39,751 nt of DNA, taken from the IMG/VR virus record IMGVR_UViG_3300045988_091437; one strand, written 5' to 3'. The notes under the pieces were generated by a model that was given only the letters and a program-made list of their open reading frames with translations, made no database searches and was not told where the DNA came from. Shown here piece by piece: positions 1 through 5,750 of the stretch. The position numbers and the translations under genes were made by a program. This stretch comes from a virus. How positions within the stretch are numbered: position 1 is the first letter of the stretch; every line of letters starts with the position of its first letter.

Positions 1-55
1 ATTGACAAATATTTTTGAGTGCCATATAATATACTTATCAAGACAGCCAGTAAGG
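1..55. repeat. Terminal 55-bp exact direct repeat, copy 1 (identical to 39697-39751); circular-closure overlap
   Basis: Read directly: nt 1-55 ATTGACAAATATTTTTGAGTGCCATATAATATACTTATCAAGACAGCCAGTAAGG recur exactly at 39697-39751. Confidence 0.9.
2..30 (+). promoter_or_regulatory. Perfect sigma70-consensus promoter (candidate antitoxin sRNA promoter)
   Basis: TTGACA (2-7), 17-nt spacer, TATAAT (25-30). No ORF or RBS downstream. Also present at 39698-39726 because of the terminal repeat. Confidence 0.6.
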
Positions 56-133
56 GAGGTCAAGGCTCCCTGTCCTGGTGATCTGCACTAAAATAGCCGC
101 CTATCTTTTCCAGAGAGCAGGGCGGCTATTTCT
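37..133 (+). ncRNA. Candidate ~100-nt antisense sRNA (type I antitoxin-like)
   Basis: Bounded by the consensus promoter at 2-30 and the hairpin plus T-run at 91-133. Internal hairpin AGGGAG/CTCCCT (53-58/66-71). Its 3' end is antisense to the stop-codon region of the minus-strand 27-codon ORF. Confidence 0.4.
91..131. terminator. Bidirectional intrinsic terminator shared by convergent transcripts
   Basis: AAATAGCCGCC (91-101) pairs with GGCGGCTATTT (121-131), an 11-bp stem. T-rich tracts follow on the + strand (TTTCTTAT) and, shorter, on the - strand (TTTAG). Confidence 0.55.
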
Positions 134-209
134 TATGTGTGTATGTAAGAATCGAAACGATTAAACTGGCTGTCGTCAGAATGATCATAAATGTTTCATA
201 ATCGCTCAT
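126..209 (-). CDS. 27-aa hydrophobic peptide, type I toxin-like (Hol-Tox-like); absent from the ORF track (<60 aa)
   Basis: ATG at 209, TAG at 126-128. Hand translation MSDYETFMIILTTASLIVSILTYTHKK: one TM-like helix with a KK tail. SD GGGAGGGG (216-223) lies 6 nt upstream. Leader CCCTTCC (235-241) can pair with the SD. Confidence 0.55.
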   Translation of the reverse strand: MSDYETFMIILTTASLIVSILTYTHKK

Positions 210-277
210 AAGCATCCCCTCCCATCAAGTCTCAGGAAGGGAACCACAGCCGCTCTACTGGCTGCCTGGGTAAGTAT

Positions 278-310
278 ATTATATTGTCATGGTGCATTTC
301 TATTTGTCAT
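278..310 (-). promoter_or_regulatory. Weak candidate promoter for the toxin-like ORF
   Basis: TATAAT on the - strand (278-283). The nearest -35-like ATGACA (305-310) is 21 nt away, which is suboptimal. The region is an inverted, imperfect copy of the promoter and leader at 2-52. Confidence 0.35.
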
Positions 311-343
311 AATTTCTTTCATTAATATGAACGGACTCTGCTT

Positions 344-664
344 TTAAACGGTGGAGTCTTTTCTTTTATTCTTCACAAACTCTGCAAACTGGCGGATTTC
401 ATCCAGTTCGTCCTGCGTGTATTCTTCACCGTCGAAGTGGGCGGCGATGGTGGTGGGTTCAGGTTCTGTTCCGAGTAGAATATCGGCAGAAACGTTTAAA
501 GCAGAAGCTATTTTTTTTATTGTATTGACATTTGGCTCACGTTTTCCGCTTTCGTATAACGAATATGTGGACTTTGCAACGCCTATGTTCTCAGAAAGTT
601 CTTTTTGTGATAGTCCAGATTCAAGTCTGGCTTTCTTTAAATTTTCGTTAAAATTTTCACCCAT
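344..664 (-). CDS. XRE-family HTH repressor (CI/ImmR-like)
   Basis: 106 aa. LKKARLESGLSQKELSENIGVAKSTYSLYESGKREPNVNTIKKIASALNVS is a classic HTH_XRE pattern. It diverges from a Cro-like gene. RBS AGGAGGAA is upstream. Confidence 0.9.
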   Translation of the reverse strand: MGENFNENLKKARLESGLSQKELSENIGVAKSTYSLYESGKREPNVNTIKKIASALNVSADILLGTEPEPTTIAAHFDGEEYTQDELDEIRQFAEFVKNKRKDSTV

Positions 665-688
665 AATCTATTCCTCCTGTTAGTTTTG

Positions 689-717
689 ATTATAGTTACA
701 GATTGAAAATGTGTCAA
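689..717 (-). promoter_or_regulatory. Consensus sigma70 promoter for the repressor (leftward)
   Basis: On the - strand: TTGACA (717-712), 17-nt spacer, TATAAT (694-689). It lies about 25 nt upstream of the repressor RBS. Confidence 0.7.
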
Positions 718-722
718 TAAAA

Positions 723-805
723 AGTTTGCAAAATGAAAAGAAAAATTTAAAAAACTATTGACAAGTTTGCAAAAAGCAATTATAGTATAAACGTAGTTTG
801 CATAA
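723..805. promoter_or_regulatory. Three operator-like repeats AGTTTGCA(A/T)AA with palindromic core TTTGCAAA
   Basis: Copies at 723-733, 764-774 (inside the rightward promoter spacer) and 795-805 (around its +1). Spacing is 41 and 31 bp. Partial TTTGC copies occur at 819-823 and 1019-1023. Confidence 0.5.
758..786 (+). promoter_or_regulatory. Rightward early promoter (PR-like)
   Basis: TTGACA (758-763), 17-nt spacer, TATAGT (781-786). It sits back-to-back with the repressor promoter. Confidence 0.7.
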
Positions 806-819
806 TGTAAACATAAAAT

Positions 820-1032
820 TTGCGGACTGCATTGGGGCAGGGTTAATAGTTACCGGAACATTAAAATTCCTTTTCGAGGTGGAATGCTAACGGAGTTTCT
901 CCGAAGCAACCGGTATAAGATAATGCGACGATCTTATATCCGAGCTTTATCCACTTATCGGCAAGAGCCGATGAGTAAACAATTCGTTTCAGACTATCAC
1001 CTCCTTCCCAAGAGGTAATTTGCAGTCCGCAA
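820..1032 (+). ncRNA. Highly structured ~210-nt element in the 5' leader of the early transcript
   Basis: 12-bp closing helix TTGCGGACTGCA (820-831) / TGCAGTCCGCAA (1021-1032). Internal hairpins at 866-885, 891-903, 916-936 and 954-975. ATCACCTCCTT (996-1006) copies the 16S rRNA 3' end (anti-SD). Confidence 0.45.
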
Positions 1033-1052
1033 CAACATTATAACAGAAAGAG

Positions 1053-1256
1053 GTGAAAAAGGTGTTTAGAAATTTGGAAGCTGAACAAGCTAGATTTTCT
1101 TACACAAATCAAGAAATGGCAGGAAAATTAGGACTTTCCAGAACATCATATGAGAACAAAAAGAAAACAGGAAAATTTACTGCACTTGAAGCAAAAAAAA
1201 TGTGCAAGATTTTCAAAGTAAAATTTGATTATCTGTTTGCTACGGAAGATGAATAG
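1053..1256 (+). CDS. Cro-like small HTH regulator
   Basis: 67 aa. YTNQEMAGKLGLSRTSYENKKKTG is HTH-like. It is the first gene of the rightward operon. SD AGAGGTGA (1049-1056) overlaps GTG 1053, so the in-frame GTG at 1062 may be the true start. Confidence 0.7.
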   Translation: MKKVFRNLEAEQARFSYTNQEMAGKLGLSRTSYENKKKTGKFTALEAKKMCKIFKVKFDYLFATEDE

Positions 1257-1270
1257 GAAGGAAGCAGGAA

Positions 1271-1453
1271 ATGAAAGAACCGATGAAATTAGAGGTAAGA
1301 AATGAGGGTATTCGAGGACCGCGTTTAGTACTGGACGGCAAAGAGCTGCACCATGTAATGGAATACGGAATCAAGAGTTCTGACTTTATAGGAAAAGCAG
1401 AACTCTCGTTGAAAATGCTGGTGACGTTTCCGGTTAACCAAGAAAATGTTTGA
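1271..1453 (+). CDS. Hypothetical early protein
   Basis: 60-aa ORF, ATG with GGAAG upstream. No recognisable motif. Its 3' end overlaps the convergent DUF2513-like gene by 20 nt. Confidence 0.5.
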   Translation: MKEPMKLEVRNEGIRGPRLVLDGKELHHVMEYGIKSSDFIGKAELSLKMLVTFPVNQENV

Positions 1454-1799
1454 GAGCTACTTCCTTGGCGATTTCAATAAGGATAGGCAATGATGCATTA
1501 GTACCTTTTTCAAGTACTTTTTTCCACATAGGTTCAGTGCTGATATTGGCAAGAAATTCATGTCCTTGAGGTGTCAGATCTCGAACAAGGACACTGGTAC
1601 CAAAATCGTAATAATGAACAACGTCAATAAGTCCAGATGCTTCGGCTTGACGAATATGGTACAAAATTTCGTTGTGTTCATATCCAGAAAGAAAACCGGA
1701 ATTTGCATCATCAGCATCGTATTCCCAAGGAGTATCGAAGTCGCAAGTGTCTTCGATGGTTAAGAGAATTGCACGGATGCAATTAGGATTAAGCTTCAT
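1434..1799 (-). CDS. DUF2513-like winged-helix protein (reverse-oriented moron)
   Basis: 121 aa. CIRAILLTIED...ILYHIRQAEASGLID...LTPQGHEFLANI...WKKVLEKG resembles DUF2513/YjcQ-type proteins. RBS AAGGAG. Candidate -35 TTGACT lies upstream on the - strand. Confidence 0.7.
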   Translation of the reverse strand: MKLNPNCIRAILLTIEDTCDFDTPWEYDADDANSGFLSGYEHNEILYHIRQAEASGLIDVVHYYDFGTSVLVRDLTPQGHEFLANISTEPMWKKVLEKGTNASLPILIEIAKEVALKHFLG

Positions 1800-1964
1800 G
1801 CGGAATCAACTCCTTTCTTTTGTACTCGGCATGGCAGTGCCTGTACAACAAGGATAAGAGAAAGACGTGGTGAAGTCAATAAAGAAAGCGGGGTGAGGAA
1901 ATGTGGAAAGCATTAGCAATCCTGTTGCTGTTCTGGATCGTGATAGAGAAAGTGAGGTGGCAAA

Positions 1965-2240
1965 ATGGAAGAACTTAAAAATCTGCTTCTGGAAGTAATC
2001 CGGGAGTGCAAGCAGCCAGAGTTCCCGCCTGAACCGGTACCCACAAGGGTAGCCGCAAAGGTTCTGGGAGTGGAACAGAGCACAGTGATCAACCGAATGG
2101 AGTCCGGTGAGCTGGATATCGGGCTGGTGTTCAGATCGAAGCCGACCAAAAGAGGGCAGGCAAGTCGAAGAAGTACATACATCAGTCCCAAAAAGTTATA
2201 CGAGCTGACCGGGTTCGTATGGAAAGGAGACAAGCAATGA
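1965..2240 (+). CDS. HTH DNA-binding protein, excisionase-like
   Basis: 91 aa. TRVAAKVLGVEQSTVINRMESGEL is a MerR/excisionase-type HTH. The function as Xis is inferred only. Confidence 0.55.
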   Translation: MEELKNLLLEVIRECKQPEFPPEPVPTRVAAKVLGVEQSTVINRMESGELDIGLVFRSKPTKRGQASRRSTYISPKKLYELTGFVWKGDKQ

Positions 2241-2458
2241 AAAGAAGAGAAACAGAAGTAACAGAAGAAGCGGAAGAAACAACCGGAGCTGGTGTGATTG
2301 CCCCGATCGTAGCCACAGCCGCCGCGGCGTTCACGTTCTGGTGGTTGGGAAAATACAGTGTAATCTGCGAACGCGATATTATCGGAACTGCCATTACCGT
2401 GTGGTGTGCGGTACTGATCCGTGTGCTGATGTTGGTGAGCAAGGAGGAAGCAGAATGA
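2237..2458 (+). CDS. Small membrane protein (two hydrophobic segments)
   Basis: ATGA overlap with the upstream stop (2237-2240). MKRRETEV...GVIAPIVATAAAAFTFWWLG...IIGTAITVWCAVLIRVLMLV. Confidence 0.6.
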   Translation: MKRRETEVTEEAEETTGAGVIAPIVATAAAAFTFWWLGKYSVICERDIIGTAITVWCAVLIRVLMLVSKEEAE

Positions 2459-3048
2459 AAAAATATGAATTAACAGAGGAAACGGTCACAGTTTACGGGA
2501 AAACACTGTACCGGATCAGAGCAGTGCGTGATTTCGGGTCTGTCAAAACTGGAGAGTTCGGCGGATACATCGAGAAAGAGGAAAATCTTTCACATTTCGG
2601 CAATGCGTGGGTTTCTGGCAATGCGTGGGTTTTCGACAATGCAAGGGTTTACGACAATGCGTGGGTTTTTGGCAATGCGTGGGTTTTCGACAATGCAAGG
2701 GTTTACGACGATACGTGGGTTTACGGCAATGCAAGGGTTTACGACGATGCGTGGGTTTGTGGCGATGCAAAAGTTTACGGCGATGCGTGGGTTTCTGGCA
2801 ACGCAGAAGTTTTCAATACGAGGCATTTCTTTGTACAAGGACCGATCGGAAGCCGAAATGGATTTATTACATTTTACAGGACTAAGGATAATACGGTAGA
2901 AGTAAGATGTGGCTGCTTTTCGGGAAGCCTCCAGAAATTTGTTGATAGAGTGGAGGAAACACATGGAGGCAGTAGATACGAAAAGGAATACAAGCTTGCA
3001 GCGGAGCTGGCAAAAGTATGTATCCGTCTGGAGGGGGAAAGCAGATGA
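2455..3048 (+). CDS. Hexapeptide-repeat (beta-helix-like) protein, unknown function
   Basis: ATG 2455 after AAGGAGGAAG. 12 consecutive G/D-N/D-A-x-V-x hexapeptides (GNAWVS GNAWVF DNARVY ...). The C-terminal domain carries GCFSGSL. Confidence 0.8.
   Translation: MKKYELTEETVTVYGKTLYRIRAVRDFGSVKTGEFGGYIEKEENLSHFGNAWVSGNAWVFDNARVYDNAWVFGNAWVFDNARVYDDTWVYGNARVYDDAWVCGDAKVYGDAWVSGNAEVFNTRHFFVQGPIGSRNGFITFYRTKDNTVEVRCGCFSGSLQKFVDRVEETHGGSRYEKEYKLAAELAKVCIRLEGESR
2599..2814 (+). repeat. 12 tandem copies of an 18-bp in-frame repeat (GGCAATGCGTGGGTTTNC family)
   Basis: Unit boundaries were counted by hand: 2599 + 12x18. An exact 39-nt block recurs at a 54-bp offset (2617-2655 = 2671-2709). Confidence 0.9.
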
Positions 3049-3278
3049 TCTGGGTAAATGAAGGACGCGACCAGGAAGCCAGGGCCATCCTGGAATTGGC
3101 CGGGATTGATTCGGACAAGTACCGGATCTGGCACCATAATAGCATCTATGTGCATGCAATAAATGAAGAGACGAAAGAATCGGTGATCGTTGAGAAAGCG
3201 ACACTCGAGGTAGTGAAAAGTCCCGGTGCTTTGGCGGGCGATCCGGGACACAAAAATAACATTTCAAGCTCATTATAG
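3045..3278 (+). CDS. Hypothetical early protein
   Basis: ATGA overlap with the upstream stop, preceded by GGAGGGGG. Begins MIWVNEGRDQEARAILELAG... Confidence 0.6.
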   Translation: MIWVNEGRDQEARAILELAGIDSDKYRIWHHNSIYVHAINEETKESVIVEKATLEVVKSPGALAGDPGHKNNISSSL

Positions 3279-3301
3279 AGCAAACATAGGAGGTAAATCA
3301 A

Positions 3302-4594
3302 GTGAAAATCAATAAATTAGAGATTGAAAACGTCAAGCGAATTAAAGCGGTCCGATTGGAACCTGCACAGAACGGCCTGACAGTGATCGGTGGAAATAAT
3401 AACCAGGGGAAAACCTCGGTACTGGATTCCATTGCATGGGCTTTGGGCGGTGAAAAATACCGCCCGTCTGAAGCGGCAAGGGCTGGATCAGCAGTGCCGC
3501 CAGCCTTAAAGATTGTAATGGATAACGGCCTGATCGTGGAGCGAAAAGGGAAAAACAGTGCACTGAAAGTAACAGATCCGTCCGGAAAGAAAGCAGGTCA
3601 GCAGCTCTTGAATGAATTTGTGGAGGAGCTTGCACTGAACCTTCCGAAATTCATGGAGGCATCCGGAAAAGAGAAAGCACAGACCCTGCTGAATATCATC
3701 GGCGTGGGGGATAAGCTGGCAAAAATCGAAAAGGAAGAAAAGGATCTGTATAACGAACGTCTCTATGTAGGACGCATTGCAGACCAGAAAGCGAAGTATG
3801 CAAAAGAGCAGCCGTATTACACGGATGCACCAAAAGACCTGGTATCCCCATCGGAGCTGATCAGGCAGCAACAGGAGATCCTTGCAAGGAATGGGGAAAA
3901 CCAGAGAAAAAGAGAACGTGCGGCACAGCTTCAAGAAGAAGTGAAAAGAGCACATGCAGAAGTAAGCAGATTGGCAGAATTACTGGGAGAAGCAAAACAG
4001 AAGCATCTGCAGCTGGTCAAAGACCTGGATATTGCTTCGACCACGGCGAAAGATCTGACAGACCAGTCTACAGCGGAACTGGAAGTTAACATTGCCAACA
4101 TCGAGGAGATCAACCGGAAAGTACGAGCTAACCTGGACAAGGAAAAAGCAGAAGATGATGCTAAAGAGTACCAGAGACAGTACGCAGACCTTACAGGCAA
4201 GATTGAAGGCATGCGTGAAGAAAAGGCGAAGCTTCTGGAACGTGCAGACCTTCCGCTTCCGGATTTGTCAGTTAAAGATGGGGAACTGGTCTACAAAGGT
4301 CAGAAATGGGACAATATGTCCGGCTCTGACCAGCTGAAAGTATCCACGGCAATTGTAAGAAAATTAAACCCGAAATGCGGTTTTGTGCTGCTGGATAAGC
4401 TTGAGCAGATGGATATGGATACCTTAAAAGAGTTTGGTGTGTGGCTGGAGGCAGAAGGCCTGCAGGCGATCGCTACACGTGTCAGCACCGGAGAAGAGTG
4501 CAGCATCATCATTGAAGATGGATATGTAACTGGTCAGGAGATGGTGGCCGAGGCACAGAAAGTAAAAAAAGAATGGAAAGCAGGTGTTTTTTAA
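3302..4594 (+). CDS. SMC/RecF-like AAA ATPase with coiled coil (phage recombination/replication module)
   Basis: 430 aa. The N-terminal IENVKRIKAV...LTVIGGNNNQGKTSVLDSIAWAL is a Walker A region, followed by a long coiled coil and LLDKLEQMD (Walker B-like). GTG start 8 nt after AGGAGG. Confidence 0.8.
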   Translation: MKINKLEIENVKRIKAVRLEPAQNGLTVIGGNNNQGKTSVLDSIAWALGGEKYRPSEAARAGSAVPPALKIVMDNGLIVERKGKNSALKVTDPSGKKAGQQLLNEFVEELALNLPKFMEASGKEKAQTLLNIIGVGDKLAKIEKEEKDLYNERLYVGRIADQKAKYAKEQPYYTDAPKDLVSPSELIRQQQEILARNGENQRKRERAAQLQEEVKRAHAEVSRLAELLGEAKQKHLQLVKDLDIASTTAKDLTDQSTAELEVNIANIEEINRKVRANLDKEKAEDDAKEYQRQYADLTGKIEGMREEKAKLLERADLPLPDLSVKDGELVYKGQKWDNMSGSDQLKVSTAIVRKLNPKCGFVLLDKLEQMDMDTLKEFGVWLEAEGLQAIATRVSTGEECSIIIEDGYVTGQEMVAEAQKVKKEWKAGVF

Positions 4595-5731
4595 ATGGAG
4601 ATTATCAGAGGTAAGATCCCGTGTGCAAAAAAAGTCGTGATCTACGGACCGGAAGGAATTGGAAAATCCACATTTGCAAGTCACTTCCCAGATCCCGTTT
4701 TTATTGATACCGAAGGAAGCACAAATTCTATGGATGTGGCAAGACTGCCGAAAGCATCCAGCTGGCAGATGATCCTGCAGCAGGTCGATTATGTGAGAAC
4801 CCATCCGGAAGTATGCAAAACGCTGGTCATTGATACGATCGACTGGGCAGAAGCCATGTGCGTCCAGCATATCTGCGACAAGCACCGAAAGAACGGCATC
4901 GAAGATTTTGGTTATGGAAATGGTTATGTGTATGTAAAGGAAGAACTTGGCCGTTTCCTGAACAAGCTTTCGGAAGTTGTGGAGGCAAATATCAACGTGG
5001 TACTTACGGCACATGCACAGATCCGAAAATTCGAGCAGCCGGATGAGCTTGGAGCCTATGACAGATGGGAACTGAAACTGGGGAAGAAAACGAGTTCCCA
5101 GACTTCCCCGCTGATTAAGGAATGGGCAGACATGCTGCTGTTTGCAAATTACAAAACTTTTTCTGTGGCAGTCGATGACAAGGGGAAGAAGCGAAAAGCC
5201 CAGGGCGGTGAGCGGGTTATGTATACCTCGCACCATGCATGCTGGGATGCCAAGAACCGTTACGGACTTCCAGAGGAAGTACCATTTTCCTATGCATCCA
5301 TTGTACAGGTGATTGAAGAAGGAAAAACAGAATCATCCCCTGTACCTGTCAAAACTGTGACAGAAGAAAAGAAGCAGGAAGAACCGGCGGCGAAGGCTCC
5401 GGAACCGGTCAAACAGGAAGAACCAACGGGACAGATGACAATGCCGCTTACAACGGAACCAGCACCTCAGAAGACCGAAGAGAAAGGTTATACAGAACCG
5501 GATCCAAGAATCCCGAAAGCACTCAGAGACCTGATGATAAAAGACCAGGTGGATGAGTGGAACGTCAAGAGCGTATGCGAAACAAAGGGCTATGTCCCTT
5601 ATGGGACGGAACTGTGGGAATACGATACCGTAAACCCTGGAATTGTGGACGGCCTTCTGGTGCCATGCTGGCAGCAGGTAAAGGCTGCGATCGATGCAAT
5701 GTTAAACAGTGAAGAAATACCATTTAATTAA
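4595..5731 (+). CDS. Sak4-like AAA_24 RecA-core ATPase with a long C-terminal extension
   Basis: 378 aa. KVVIYGPEGIGKSTFAS, VFIDTEGS and LVIDTI fit AAA_24/Sak4. The C-terminal P/E/K-rich linker is followed by a domain ending in EEIPFN. Confidence 0.8.
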   Translation: MEIIRGKIPCAKKVVIYGPEGIGKSTFASHFPDPVFIDTEGSTNSMDVARLPKASSWQMILQQVDYVRTHPEVCKTLVIDTIDWAEAMCVQHICDKHRKNGIEDFGYGNGYVYVKEELGRFLNKLSEVVEANINVVLTAHAQIRKFEQPDELGAYDRWELKLGKKTSSQTSPLIKEWADMLLFANYKTFSVAVDDKGKKRKAQGGERVMYTSHHACWDAKNRYGLPEEVPFSYASIVQVIEEGKTESSPVPVKTVTEEKKQEEPAAKAPEPVKQEEPTGQMTMPLTTEPAPQKTEEKGYTEPDPRIPKALRDLMIKDQVDEWNVKSVCETKGYVPYGTELWEYDTVNPGIVDGLLVPCWQQVKAAIDAMLNSEEIPFN

Positions 5732-5750
5732 AATTAGGAGGACAATAACA

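Noticed and set aside
884-1018. A 44-codon ORF (MLTEFLRSNRYKIMRRSYIRALSTYRQEPMSKQFVSDYHLLPKR) inside the structured leader.
   Set aside because: The only SD-like sequence (GAGGTGG) ends 1 nt before the ATG, which is too close. The region is dominated by stable hairpins. It is kept only as an alternative hypothesis.
820-1032. 12-bp inverted repeats flanking a structured RNA, reminiscent of the a1/a2 repeats of a retron msr-msd.
   Set aside because: No reverse transcriptase gene exists anywhere in the window. The element lies in the leader of the Cro-like gene, so a cis-regulatory role is more economical.
1901-1978. A 25-codon hydrophobic ORF (MWKALAILLLFWIVIEKVRWQNGRT) with GGGGTGAGG upstream, overlapping the start of the 1965 gene.
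   Set aside because: It is plausible but cannot be supported from sequence alone. It is very short, has no recognisable family, and overlaps the next gene's RBS and start.
2599-2814. A regular 18-bp tandem repeat that could superficially look like a CRISPR-like or satellite array.
   Set aside because: There are no spacers. The units are contiguous, in frame and encode a hexapeptide-repeat protein. The alternative-frame ORFs across it (2528-2899, 2607-2885, 2543-2770) are repeat artefacts.
4424-5236. A long antisense ORF inside a well-supported + strand gene. Similar cases are 3506-3955, 15515-16258, 16736-17275, 21814-22560, 25243-25818, 29125-29913 and 35950-36573.
   Set aside because: These are shadow ORFs opposite strongly supported coding regions. 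They have no RBS, low-complexity or Cys/Arg/Ser-rich translations, and no room for promoters.
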